A stretch of 62,875 bases of DNA, filler included. It is 6 parts of 6 records of this genome, joined end to end, with 100 filler letters (N's around TTAATTAATTAA, not from the genome) between each part and the next. Parts side by side here need not be neighbours in the genome. Positions count along the whole stretch, not along the records: positions 22,382 to 48,162 come from SRR20825010_6066; 5 more parts are not named here. One strand, given 5' to 3'. The notes under the pieces were generated by a model. It saw nothing but the letters and a program-made list of their open reading frames with translations, was not told the DNA's origin and ran no database searches. The translations under genes and the position numbers were made by a program. Positions 38,352 through 48,262 of the stretch are shown here, one piece after another. Within the stretch, counting starts at the first letter, position 1; each line of letters opens with the position of its first letter.

Positions 38352-39860
38352 TTGAACACGCAAAGTTTTTTGGAACATCACGGCATCGCTCGCAACCCGT
38401 TCGCGGAGGAGGATGCGCAGACCGACCCTGTGTTCAAGCAGCACTGCATTCAGAATGCGTACCACCCTGCTTGGGACAAGGTGTATGGGGACCCAACCGA
38501 GCCTGCGACGGCGATCATCTTTGGGCCTAAGGGCAGCGGTAAAACCGCGATGCGATTGCAGGTCGATCGGCATTTGGTGCATTTCAACGCCCAGAACCCG
38601 GACGGCCGCGTCTACATCATTCGATATGACGACTTCAATCCGTTCCTGGATCACTTCTGTGAACGATTGGGGCGTCGTGCATCTCGCAAGCCTGAGAAAG
38701 CTCTCGATGCGTGGCGTTTGTGGGATCACATGGATGCGATCTTGTGTCTAGGCGTGACCGAACTGGTCGACCAGGTGTTGCTGGAAAGCGATTCGCATCG
38801 TCCAAAAGCTGACAATGGCAATCGAATCGACACGGCCAAACTCTCCAAGCTCGATCGCAACGACGCTCGTGATTTGCTGCTGCTGGCGGCTTCCTACGAT
38901 CAGTCGACCTCATCGACGTTTTCAGGCCGATTTGAGCAATTACGTAAACGGCTGGGGTACGCAAACTGGACCGCATCACTGGATTTCTGGTTTGCAATTG
39001 TTTGGTGTGTGTTGGTGGTGGGTGTATTCGGTTGGCTGTTTTGGAACTCCGCAGATGAAGAGGGCGTGCGGACCTGGAATTTGCTCTGGTTCATCCCAGT
39101 GCTGTGCTTCTTTGGCAAACTGCCGTATCTGATTCGGTGGTGCCGCAATCAGTTCGCCGCGATGGGAATCCATCGCCACATGCGGGTTGGCAAGCGAGAG
39201 ACATCTTCGGTTCGCAAGGTGCTGATGCAGTTCCCGGCGAAGGAACTCGCCAGCCAGCCACTGCCTCGTTATGACCGAACCGACGACCGCTATGAACTAC
39301 TTCGGAAGTTTCAATCGCTGCTGGGGCGATTGGGATTTGACGGGGTGATCGTTTTGATGGACCGGGTCGATGAGCCTCACATGACGGGTGGAAAGCCCGA
39401 GCTGATGCGCCGTTTTGTTTGGCCTTTGCTGGATAACAAATTGCTGAAGCACCCCGGATTGGGGTTCAAGTTGATGTTGCCCGAAGAGCTCTACCGCGAC
39501 ACTGAACGCGAAACTCGTGAGTTTCATGAGCGAGCGAGGTTGGATAAGCAGAACGTCATTCCCGCTTTCTCTTGGACGGGCGAATCGCTGTACGACCTGA
39601 CGCGTTCACGGATGAATGCCTGTGCGGCGGAGGGCAAGCATCCCGATCCCAAGGAATTGTTCGACGATTCGTTGTCGTATGAGCGGATGTTGACGGCGTT
39701 TGAGTCATTGCGAGTGCCCCGGCATTTGTTCCGATTTCTGTACCGGGTGTTGGTGGAACACTGCAATCAATTCACTGATGCGGCTCCGAAGTACAAGATC
39801 GACGCATCCACGTTCGAAACTTCCTTGGCGGTTTACGTTCGCGAGATGGAACGGGTATGA
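38352..39860 (+). CDS. P-loop NTPase with two internal transmembrane helices
   Basis: Walker A FGPKGSGKT, two hydrophobic helices, Walker B-like VIVLMDRVDE; TTG start. Confidence 0.8.
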   Translation: MNTQSFLEHHGIARNPFAEEDAQTDPVFKQHCIQNAYHPAWDKVYGDPTEPATAIIFGPKGSGKTAMRLQVDRHLVHFNAQNPDGRVYIIRYDDFNPFLDHFCERLGRRASRKPEKALDAWRLWDHMDAILCLGVTELVDQVLLESDSHRPKADNGNRIDTAKLSKLDRNDARDLLLLAASYDQSTSSTFSGRFEQLRKRLGYANWTASLDFWFAIVWCVLVVGVFGWLFWNSADEEGVRTWNLLWFIPVLCFFGKLPYLIRWCRNQFAAMGIHRHMRVGKRETSSVRKVLMQFPAKELASQPLPRYDRTDDRYELLRKFQSLLGRLGFDGVIVLMDRVDEPHMTGGKPELMRRFVWPLLDNKLLKHPGLGFKLMLPEELYRDTERETREFHERARLDKQNVIPAFSWTGESLYDLTRSRMNACAAEGKHPDPKELFDDSLSYERMLTAFESLRVPRHLFRFLYRVLVEHCNQFTDAAPKYKIDASTFETSLAVYVREMERV

Positions 39861-40076
39861 CGCTGGAATGGGAAAAAAGTTAGAATTCGGGTCAGTTTCC
39901 TAACCGGATTGATCGATACAATCCCTAAAGTCCACCACTTTTTGCTGGCTCTCTCGCCCGTGCGGTTGCTTACCGGCAAATTCTCAACCTCTTTTCGATT
40001 CGACCGAGCTTTCAACTGCCCTTAAGGCAGGCTGGGTCGACCCGCTTGAACGTCCCGAAAGGGCGATTTCGCATCC

Positions 40077-41960
40077 ATGACCACTTCTACGCCGACGACC
40101 AATAAAAAAATCGAATCCGTACCGGGGATCACTGTTCGCTTGTGCGGTGACTCGGGCGACGGAATGCAGCTTTTGGGCACGCAGTTGACCAACACTTCGG
40201 CGTTGGCAGGCAACGACGTGGCTACTTTCCCCGATTTCCCCGCTGAAATTCGTGCCCCACGTGGCACCCGGGCCGGGGTTTCTGGGTTCCAGGTTCAATT
40301 CGCGAGCGAGGCGATCTTCACGCCCGGCGACACCTTGGACGCGTTGGTGGTGATGAACCCCGCGGCTATGGTCACCAACATTGGCGACCTTCGCAAAGGC
40401 GGAATCCTGATCGCCAACGAAGATGGATTCAACGAGAAGGAATACAAGCTCGCCAAGGTTGAGAGCAATCCGCTCGAAGCCGACGTGATTGACCAGTCCT
40501 ATCGAGTCGTGAAGGTCGCGATGACCAAACTGACTCGCGCGGCCGTCGCGGAGCACGGTCTTTCGACCAAGATCGCCGATCGTTGCAAGAACTTCTTCGC
40601 AATGGGATTGGTGTACTGGTTGTTTGGTCGATCGCTCGATCCAACGCTTCGTTTCATCGAAGCCAAATTTGGTAAGAAGCCAGACGTTGCCGCGGCCAAC
40701 GTTGCGGCGCTTCGTGCCGGTTGGGCGTATGGCGAAACGACGGAAGAATTCAGCGAAAGCTATCAAGTCGAAGCCGCGGAATTGGAACCGGGCACTTATC
40801 GCAACATCATGGGCAACCAAGCCCTTGCGTGGGGATTGATTGCTGCATCAAAGATCAGCAACAAAGAGATGTTCTACGGAACGTATCCCATCACGCCCGC
40901 CTCGGACATTTTGCACGAGCTGACCAAGTTCAAGAACTTTGGCGTTCGCACATTCCAAGCCGAAGACGAAATCGCCGCGATCGGAGCAACCATCGGAGCG
41001 GCATTTGGCGGCACGATGGCGGTTACCGCCAGCAGTGGTCCCGGCATCGCTTTGAAGGGTGAAGCGATGGGATTGGGCGTGATGTTGGAATTGCCAATGA
41101 TCGTGATCAACGTTCAACGCGGTGGACCCAGTACCGGATTGCCGACCAAGACCGAGCAGAGCGATTTGTTGCAAGTCATGTTCGGCCGCAACGGAGAAGC
41201 TCCAATGCCGGTCCTGGCACCACGTTCGCCTGGCGATTGTTTCGCAATGGCCGTGGAAGCATGGCGTATCGCGACAGAATGCATGGTTCCCGTGATGCTG
41301 TTGTCGGATGGCTACATTGCCAACGGCAGCGAGCCTTGGAAGATTCCGGACATGGATGAGTTGCCAACGATCAGTTGCAGTCATCCGGAAGAGCACACCG
41401 GCGACGGCCCATTCTTGCCATACGCTCGCAACGAGAACTTGGCACGTCCTTGGGCGATTCCGGGAACGCCTGAGTTGATGCACCGCGTTGGTGGACTGGA
41501 AAAAGAGGACGGCACGGGCAACGTTTCATACGATCCCGCCAATCACCAGCACATGTGTGATACTCGCGCGGCCAAGGTTGCGAAGATTGCCGAACGGATT
41601 CCAGAGCAAGACGTCAACGGCGAAACGTCGGGCGATGTCTTGGTGGTGTCGTGGGGCGGAACGTATGGCGCATGCCACACGGCGGTCAATCGTTGTCGCC
41701 AAGCCGGTCATTCGGTGTCCCATGCCCACATTCGTTACGTCAATCCGTTGCCACGCAACATCGGAACTTTGCTGAAGTCGTTCAAAACGGTCGTTGTGCC
41801 GGAACTGAACTCGGGCCAACTGCGAATGCTGCTTCGTGCCGAGTATCTCGTGGACTGCATTGGGATCAACAAAATCCAAGGCAAACCGTTTGCTGTTTCC
41901 GAATTGGTGGAAGCCATCAGCAAACACACTTCGACGCATTCGCAAAGCAAAGCGGGTTAG
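40077..41960 (+). CDS. korA: 2-oxoacid:ferredoxin oxidoreductase alpha subunit (gamma-alpha fusion)
   Basis: GDSGDGMQ, YPITPAS, QAEDEIAA, SSGPG and QRGGPSTGLPTK. Confidence 0.93.
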   Translation: MTTSTPTTNKKIESVPGITVRLCGDSGDGMQLLGTQLTNTSALAGNDVATFPDFPAEIRAPRGTRAGVSGFQVQFASEAIFTPGDTLDALVVMNPAAMVTNIGDLRKGGILIANEDGFNEKEYKLAKVESNPLEADVIDQSYRVVKVAMTKLTRAAVAEHGLSTKIADRCKNFFAMGLVYWLFGRSLDPTLRFIEAKFGKKPDVAAANVAALRAGWAYGETTEEFSESYQVEAAELEPGTYRNIMGNQALAWGLIAASKISNKEMFYGTYPITPASDILHELTKFKNFGVRTFQAEDEIAAIGATIGAAFGGTMAVTASSGPGIALKGEAMGLGVMLELPMIVINVQRGGPSTGLPTKTEQSDLLQVMFGRNGEAPMPVLAPRSPGDCFAMAVEAWRIATECMVPVMLLSDGYIANGSEPWKIPDMDELPTISCSHPEEHTGDGPFLPYARNENLARPWAIPGTPELMHRVGGLEKEDGTGNVSYDPANHQHMCDTRAAKVAKIAERIPEQDVNGETSGDVLVVSWGGTYGACHTAVNRCRQAGHSVSHAHIRYVNPLPRNIGTLLKSFKTVVVPELNSGQLRMLLRAEYLVDCIGINKIQGKPFAVSELVEAISKHTSTHSQSKAG

Positions 41961-42033
41961 GCGTTCGCCAATCTGTTCGCTTTCGTCGTCGTTCAACTTT
42001 GCCAAAATCATCCCCACACAATCATACAATCCT

Positions 42034-43047
42034 ATGAATCTTCCTGTCCTCAAGGCCGCTGACTTCGCCTCCGATCAAGACGTTCGCTGGTGCCCAGGTT
42101 GCGGTGACTATTCGATTCTCGCTCAGATGAAAAAGATCCTGCCGGATCTTGGTGTGCCTCGCGAGAAGACAGTGTTCGTCAGCGGCATCGGTTGCAGCAG
42201 CCGATTTCCGTATTACATGAACACTTATGGAATGCACAGCATCCACGGTCGTGCACCAACATTCGCGACCGGGTTGAAGTCGACCCGCCCCGATTTGATG
42301 GTGTGGGTCATCACCGGCGATGGAGACGCGTTGTCCATCGGTGGCAACCACTTCATCCACTGCTTGCGCCGTAACCTCGACGTCAACATCGTTCTGTTCA
42401 ACAACCGGATTTATGGTCTGACAAAGGGGCAGTACAGCCCAACCAGCACCGAAGGTCAGGTCACCAAGAGCACGCCGATGGGTGCGATCGATCACCCGCT
42501 GAGTCCACTGTCAGTGGCATTGGCCGCCGAAGCAACGTTTGTCGCACGCAGCATCGATGCACACGTTCAGCACTTGGGCAAAACGCTCAAGGCGGCTGCC
42601 GAGCATAAAGGAACATCACTCGTTGAGGTTTATCAAAACTGCAACGTGTTCAACGATGGGGCGATGGCTTATGCACAAGAACGTAAACAGCGTGCGGACA
42701 ATGTGATCGAGTTGGAACACGGCAAGCCGTTGATCTTTGGTGCCGAACGTGACAAGGGGATTCGTTTGGTCGGCAGCCATCTCGAAGTCGTCAACACCGC
42801 CGATGTCCCAGCCGACGATTTGTTGATTCATGACGCACATGATCCGAATCCTTCGATCCAAATGATGTTGGCACGGATGCGTTACCCCGACATGCCAGAG
42901 CCAATCGGTGTTCTGCGTAGTGTTGCTGGAGTGGCAACGTACAACGATCAAATCAACGAGCAAGTCACGCAAGCCAAAGCGGCACGCGGCGAAGGCGATC
43001 TGTCTAAGCTGTTCCGTAGCGGCGATACATGGGAGGTTACAGCCTGA
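42034..43047 (+). CDS. korB: 2-oxoacid:ferredoxin oxidoreductase beta subunit
   Basis: WCPGCGD, SGIGCSSR, HGR, TPP motif GDGD and YGLTKGQYSPT. Confidence 0.94.
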   Translation: MNLPVLKAADFASDQDVRWCPGCGDYSILAQMKKILPDLGVPREKTVFVSGIGCSSRFPYYMNTYGMHSIHGRAPTFATGLKSTRPDLMVWVITGDGDALSIGGNHFIHCLRRNLDVNIVLFNNRIYGLTKGQYSPTSTEGQVTKSTPMGAIDHPLSPLSVALAAEATFVARSIDAHVQHLGKTLKAAAEHKGTSLVEVYQNCNVFNDGAMAYAQERKQRADNVIELEHGKPLIFGAERDKGIRLVGSHLEVVNTADVPADDLLIHDAHDPNPSIQMMLARMRYPDMPEPIGVLRSVAGVATYNDQINEQVTQAKAARGEGDLSKLFRSGDTWEVTA

Positions 43048-43988
43048 TGTCTCGAGGAAAAACTTTCGACAACATTGCCCGCGCGATCGGTGACACGCCG
43101 ATGGTGCAGATCAATCGCTTGGTGCCTTCGGGTGATGCGACTGTCTTCGCCAAGTGCGAGTTCTTTCAGCCGCTCAATAGCGTGAAAGACCGTATCGGCG
43201 TTGCGATGATCGAAGCTGGGGAACGCGATGGAAGCATCAACCCCGATACGCACATCATCGAACCCACCAGTGGCAACACCGGAATTGCTCTCGCGTTTGT
43301 TTGTGCCGCGAAAGGCTACAAGCTGACGCTCACCATGCCTGAGTCGATGTCGGTCGAACGCCGTGCGTTGCTTCGAGCGATGGGGGCCAACTTGGTGTTG
43401 ACGCCTGCTGGTGACGGGATGAAGGGGGCAATCACAACGGCTCAAGAGTTGGTCGACCAAACCGACAACTCGTTCATGCCGCAGCAATTTGAAAACCCAT
43501 CCAACCCTGCGATCCACGAAGCGACCACTGGCCCTGAAATTTGGGCCGACACGGACGGAAAGATCGACGCGATCGTGGCGGGCGTTGGAACGGGCGGAAC
43601 GATCACTGGTGTGGCTCGCTACCTGAAGAAACAAAACCCAGACTTCAAAGCCTTCGCGGTCGAACCAAAGCATTCACCCGTGATCAGTGGCGGATCACCT
43701 GGCAAGCACCGCATTCAAGGAATTGGCGCAGGCTTCATTCCCGGAAATTTGGACACGTCGATCATTGATGACGTCGTTCAGGTCGATGACGAAGATGCGT
43801 TCGAGTGGGGGCGTCAGCTTGCCAAGCAAGAAGGCATCGTCGCGGGGATCAGCAGCGGTGCAAACATGTGGGCGGCTGCTCAGATTGCTGCGCGACCCGA
43901 GATGAAGGGCAAGCGTATTGTCACCGTGATGTGCAGCTTAGGTGAACGTTATCTCAGCACGCCGCTGTTTGGTGACCTAGGTTTGTAA
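43047..43988 (+). CDS. cysK: cysteine synthase A
   Basis: SVKDR (PLP Lys), EPTSGNTG, GVGTGGT and HRIQGIG; ATG overlaps the korB stop. Confidence 0.96.
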   Translation: MSRGKTFDNIARAIGDTPMVQINRLVPSGDATVFAKCEFFQPLNSVKDRIGVAMIEAGERDGSINPDTHIIEPTSGNTGIALAFVCAAKGYKLTLTMPESMSVERRALLRAMGANLVLTPAGDGMKGAITTAQELVDQTDNSFMPQQFENPSNPAIHEATTGPEIWADTDGKIDAIVAGVGTGGTITGVARYLKKQNPDFKAFAVEPKHSPVISGGSPGKHRIQGIGAGFIPGNLDTSIIDDVVQVDDEDAFEWGRQLAKQEGIVAGISSGANMWAAAQIAARPEMKGKRIVTVMCSLGERYLSTPLFGDLGL

Positions 43989-44019
43989 TGGTGTTTATGT
44001 CTGATAACTGGTAGGCAAC

Positions 44020-45261
44020 ATGAAAGCTTTCGAAGCCACGCGGATTTTCTTTGACCAAGCCGCGGATCGTTTAGAGATTGATCCGGATCTTCGAGAAGCT
44101 TTGTTGATGCCCCAGCGTGAGGTGCAGGTCCAAGTGACCATCCGTCTCGATGACGGGCGTCTCGCGAATTACATCGGATTTCGTGTTCAGCACGATCACA
44201 GTCGCGGCCCCATGAAGGGCGGATTGCGATTCCACCCCGAAGTCGACCTTGATGAGACTCGCGCACTGGCGAGTTTGATGACTTGGAAAACCGCCGTGGT
44301 CGATTTGCCATATGGCGGAGCAAAAGGCGGCATCGGAATTGATCCCAGCAAGATGTCGTCGGCCGAGATCGAACGACTGACTCGGGCGTTTGTCGATCAG
44401 ATTCATGACATCGTGGGTCCTGATACGGACATTCCCGCACCTGACATGGGTACGGATCACCAAGTGATGGCTTGGTTCCGGAACCAATGGGAAAAGTACC
44501 ACGGTTTTCATCCGGCCGTCATCACGGGAAAGCCCGTCGAAGAATATGGTGCCAAGGGCCGTGAAGAAGCGACCGGTCGCGGTGTCGGGACTTTGACGGT
44601 GAAGTTGACCAAGCGTTTGGGGATGGATGCATCAAAGACTCGCGTTGCCATTCAAGGTTTTGGGAATGTGGGTTCACATGCCGCCAAGTTCTTGCATGAC
44701 GCCCAGTTTCCGATCGTCGCGGTCTCGGACATCACCGGGACCTATTACAACGCCGACGGATTGAACATTCCCGAGTTGCTGCGTCACAAGTTTGCGCACC
44801 CAAAGGGATTGCTGGAAGGATTCGAGCGAGCCGAGCATTTGCCGCTTGATGCGTTGTTAAAGCTCGATCATGTCGAAGTTTTGATTCCCGCCGCGTTGGG
44901 TGGTGTCATCACGCAAAAGAATGCTCAAGACATCAACGCGAAAGTCATTGTTGAGGCAGCGAACGGTCCGGTCGATCCAGATGCCGACGCGGCACTTCAC
45001 GATCGTGGGGTCACGATTCTGCCGGACATTCTCGCCAACGCGGGCGGCGTGACGGTCAGCTATTTCGAATGGGTGCAAAACCGGCAGCACTACCGATGGC
45101 CGCTGGATCGTGTGCGTCAAGAACTCGATCACACGATGAATGAAGCGTTCGAAAAGGTTTGGCAGATGGCGGCTCAGCACGAAGTGTCACTTCGAACCGC
45201 CGCCTACATGATCGGAATCTCAAGAGTTCGTCGTGCAACGGAACTCGCCGGCTTGGCTTGA
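44020..45261 (+). CDS. gdhA: Glu/Leu/Phe/Val dehydrogenase, probably glutamate dehydrogenase
   Basis: KGGLRFHP, GGAKGG, DIPAPD, GFGNVG, EAANGP and NAGGVTVSYFEW. Confidence 0.9.
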   Translation: MKAFEATRIFFDQAADRLEIDPDLREALLMPQREVQVQVTIRLDDGRLANYIGFRVQHDHSRGPMKGGLRFHPEVDLDETRALASLMTWKTAVVDLPYGGAKGGIGIDPSKMSSAEIERLTRAFVDQIHDIVGPDTDIPAPDMGTDHQVMAWFRNQWEKYHGFHPAVITGKPVEEYGAKGREEATGRGVGTLTVKLTKRLGMDASKTRVAIQGFGNVGSHAAKFLHDAQFPIVAVSDITGTYYNADGLNIPELLRHKFAHPKGLLEGFERAEHLPLDALLKLDHVEVLIPAALGGVITQKNAQDINAKVIVEAANGPVDPDADAALHDRGVTILPDILANAGGVTVSYFEWVQNRQHYRWPLDRVRQELDHTMNEAFEKVWQMAAQHEVSLRTAAYMIGISRVRRATELAGLA

Positions 45262-45375
45262 TCGAGCCCGCACCGAACGTTCGCGAAGGTTTCTTCGCGA
45301 AACGTTCCGGTTGGCTGCCTATGAGATTGACATCAGCGATAGTGGATCAAAGCACGCCGGAAGTGAACTCAACGT

Positions 45376-45942
45376 TCATTCCGGTGCGGCTTCGTCCGCT
45401 GGTGCGTCTTCTTTGATTGGCTGAACAAAAAGCATCACTTCGGGTTCGTCGGCATCAACTGCTGGACCGGGATCCGCGGGCGGTGCCGAAGCTTCGTATC
45501 CCGCTTCTTCAGGAAGCATTTCTCCTTCGGGAGGCGGAATCAATTTGAACTCGAAGTGATTGCTGCCTTGCTTCACGGTCACGCGAGTCAGGTCGAGGAT
45601 CGCTCCGTTTGCAATCATGGGTCGTTCAATCTCCAGCATTTCTGCCGGAGAGATATCAGCCGCCAATTTGCCTGGTGTCAGTTCATAGCGAATGTCGTGT
45701 GCGCCAATCTTCGCCCCAGGAACATTGGCTAGATAGATCGCTTCGAATTGTCCACTGTCATTCGTGAAGGCGAGCGATGGACGCCCGCCGGAGACTGGGT
45801 GGAATTCGATTGCCATGTTCGGGACCGGCACACCGTCATGAAAGACTGTGCCGGTCACTTGCCCCAGCTTTGACGATGGTTGCGGTTCGCAACCAATCGT
45901 CATCAGCAGGCACGATCCAATCGCAATTCGCAGAAGACTCAT
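45376..45942 (-). CDS. DUF1559-associated lipoprotein (carboxypeptidase regulatory-like fold)
   Basis: Lipobox TIGC; VTGTVFHDGVPV..EFHP..GRPS..GAKIG. Confidence 0.75.
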   Translation of the reverse strand: MSLLRIAIGSCLLMTIGCEPQPSSKLGQVTGTVFHDGVPVPNMAIEFHPVSGGRPSLAFTNDSGQFEAIYLANVPGAKIGAHDIRYELTPGKLAADISPAEMLEIERPMIANGAILDLTRVTVKQGSNHFEFKLIPPPEGEMLPEEAGYEASAPPADPGPAVDADEPEVMLFVQPIKEDAPADEAAPE

Positions 45943-46370
45943 CCAGCAACAAACTCAAAGTTGATTTCGTTGCTGCCGTCGACGACTTCGACTTCGCTTG
46001 GTTCGATCTTAGTTTTTCCGCCCATGTCGGGCTTTTTGGAAGTTGGGATGAACTCAGCGTCCGGGCTTGCCGGCATCGGAGCGGCTGGGCCGTTGATCTC
46101 GTAGCGAATGGAATGTTTTCCGACGAGAGCTCCGTCGGTGTCGGCGGTGAACATCGCACTGTAGCGACCCTCACTGTCCGTCACCGCCATGGATGGTCGC
46201 CCACCCTCGGTAGGAACAAACTCAAGTGCGACACCTTCAACAGGTTTTCCGTCTTGGGTAACCAGCCCCGTGACTTCGCCGATGGGTGGCAGCTCGGGGC
46301 CGCATCCCGTGATAAAAGTGAGTACGGCAAGCGTCGCCGTTCCGGTGAGAAGTCTCGATAACCCGTTCAT
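45939..46370 (-). CDS. DUF1559-associated lipoprotein (carboxypeptidase regulatory-like fold)
   Basis: Lipobox ITGC; VTGLVTQDGKPV..EFVP..GRPS..GALVG. Confidence 0.78.
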   Translation of the reverse strand: MNGLSRLLTGTATLAVLTFITGCGPELPPIGEVTGLVTQDGKPVEGVALEFVPTEGGRPSMAVTDSEGRYSAMFTADTDGALVGKHSIRYEINGPAAPMPASPDAEFIPTSKKPDMGGKTKIEPSEVEVVDGSNEINFEFVAG

Positions 46371-46422
46371 TAAATTAGATTCCTTCTTGAATAGATCTTG
46401 ATTGGAGCTGAGTCGAAGTGGT

Positions 46423-47490
46423 TTAGAATTCATACTGGTAGACGAAACGGTCATTGCGTCCGTTCATCGCCATGAAGACATCATCAAAGTCGATGCTGTC
46501 GGTGATGAATTTGACCGCACCATCGCCCATCGTGAACATTGCACCGCCGACGTGGTTGGAGCGGAAACCGTTGTGCAGCGTGTAGCCGTACAACTGGGTG
46601 TAGTTGCCGGAGTAGATGCTGTTGATGGGCCAACGTGGAACCGTGATGTTGGCGGTCCAACCCAACCAGCCGTGCTGTGAAGGTCCAGCGTTCCAGGCTC
46701 CACCGGCGTGGCTGCTCGGGCGACTGTCGGTACGTGTCTTGTCAGCGTGAGGCATTTCAGCGGAGTGTTCGCCGATCGCGATCGTTTGGCTGGTTCCGTC
46801 GAGGATGCTCGCGAATTTAGGGTTGCGATACTTCGAGTTGTTAATTCCGATGATGCCAGCGTCTTGCATCCAGCCGTAGCCGGTCCAAACGTTGCGCGAG
46901 CCGTCGCCGCGAGCACCAGGCTGCCATCCCGCTTCGCCTTGGCGAACACCAGGTGTGTAGTAGTAGCCAGCGACACCGACGTAGTCGACGATTTGAGTTT
47001 TGTAGGTGTCAGGTGCGCCAATTGCGGTGGTGTCGCCGTTGGCGTTGTTGTCGCGATAGTTCTGCATTGGGTTCGACGGGCAGTTGAACCCAGGAACGAT
47101 TGCGTTGTCGAGGACTTCCCAGTTTCGGTTCACAGCGTCTTGGGTGCTGAAGTCGGTATCGACGAAGGTGAGCTTCTCATAGAGAGGCGATTGTTCCATT
47201 TGTGGAAGAATCTGCACGAGCCATGAAGCTCCGCGATAAGGCGAGCCAGTGGTCGTTTGCGAGCCGATGTTGGCCGGGAACATGTTGAAGGTGCTGTGGT
47301 AGTTGTGGATGGCCAATCCCAACTGCTTCATGTTGTTGGAACACTGCATGCGGCGTGCAGCCTCGCGAGCCGATTGAACGGCTGGAAGCAACAGACCGAC
47401 CATCACGCCAATGATGGCGATGACGACGAGCAGTTCGACGAGGGTGAAGCCGGAACTTCTGGATAAACGAGTGGAGTCAGAACGACGCAT
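46423..47490 (-). CDS. DUF1559 family prepilin-type protein
   Basis: GFTLVELLVVIAIIG..LLLPAVQSAREAARRMQCSNNMKQLGLAIHNY and C-terminal SNHVGGAMFTMGDGAVKF (H-X9-DG). Confidence 0.95.
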   Translation of the reverse strand: MRRSDSTRLSRSSGFTLVELLVVIAIIGVMVGLLLPAVQSAREAARRMQCSNNMKQLGLAIHNYHSTFNMFPANIGSQTTTGSPYRGASWLVQILPQMEQSPLYEKLTFVDTDFSTQDAVNRNWEVLDNAIVPGFNCPSNPMQNYRDNNANGDTTAIGAPDTYKTQIVDYVGVAGYYYTPGVRQGEAGWQPGARGDGSRNVWTGYGWMQDAGIIGINNSKYRNPKFASILDGTSQTIAIGEHSAEMPHADKTRTDSRPSSHAGGAWNAGPSQHGWLGWTANITVPRWPINSIYSGNYTQLYGYTLHNGFRSNHVGGAMFTMGDGAVKFITDSIDFDDVFMAMNGRNDRFVYQYEF

Positions 47491-48162
47491 TGCTTTAAAT
47501 TTCCATGTGCATGTGCGAATGAATTGGTGGTGTGACTCGATGCAGTCAGGTGCAGCGAAAAGTGACACCGGTGATGTTCATTGGCCTAACGCAAGCAATA
47601 GGCCGAAACTTGCCATTGGAAAATCGAACGCCTACTCCTACTGGGGTTTCTCGCGAGCTTAGGGTAGAGATCTTCACCGAAGCTGGTTTGTGGGGCCGGG
47701 AAAGATTAGCAGTCAAATAATAAAATTTAAGAAAAATTTGAAAGTCGCTAAATGTTAGGCATGGGCTTTGTACCTCTTTAGGGAGGGGGTTCACATTCAA
47801 TATGTTTGATTGTTAGGCATCGGTGCTCAAATACAGGGCGTTTCAGCTTTCGGATGCTGAGCATTGCACAAGAGAATGCAGGTTGTGCAGAAACTGCGAG
47901 ATCTACAAAAGGAATCGGACGCAGGCGATTTGTGGATCGATGGATTCACGCCTCAACCTGGATTGATGTCCGGGTAAACGCCCTTAGGTGAGCTTTGCAA
48001 CCTTTGCCGAGCGGGCCGGTAAGGCAAGGATTTCGGCCGCGCGACCCTCGGAAATTTGGCCCGCGAACATCGGTCTCACGGACGCTAAGCACGTGAGCGG
48101 GAGTTATTGGGCTTGATCACTTAGCGGCGTCGCTCCGAGACGCTGTCATTTGCGAGTCTCAG

Positions 48163-48262
48163 NNNNNNNNNNNNNNNNNNNNNNNNNNNNNNNNNNNNNN
48201 NNNNNNTTAATTAATTAANNNNNNNNNNNNNNNNNNNNNNNNNNNNNNNNNNNNNNNNNNNN
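48163..48262. other. artificial contig spacer
   Basis: 44 N + TTAATTAATTAA + 44 N. Confidence 0.98.

Noticed and set aside
41836..42033. Extended N-terminus of korB
   Set aside because: Overlaps korA; family similarity begins at ATG 42034.
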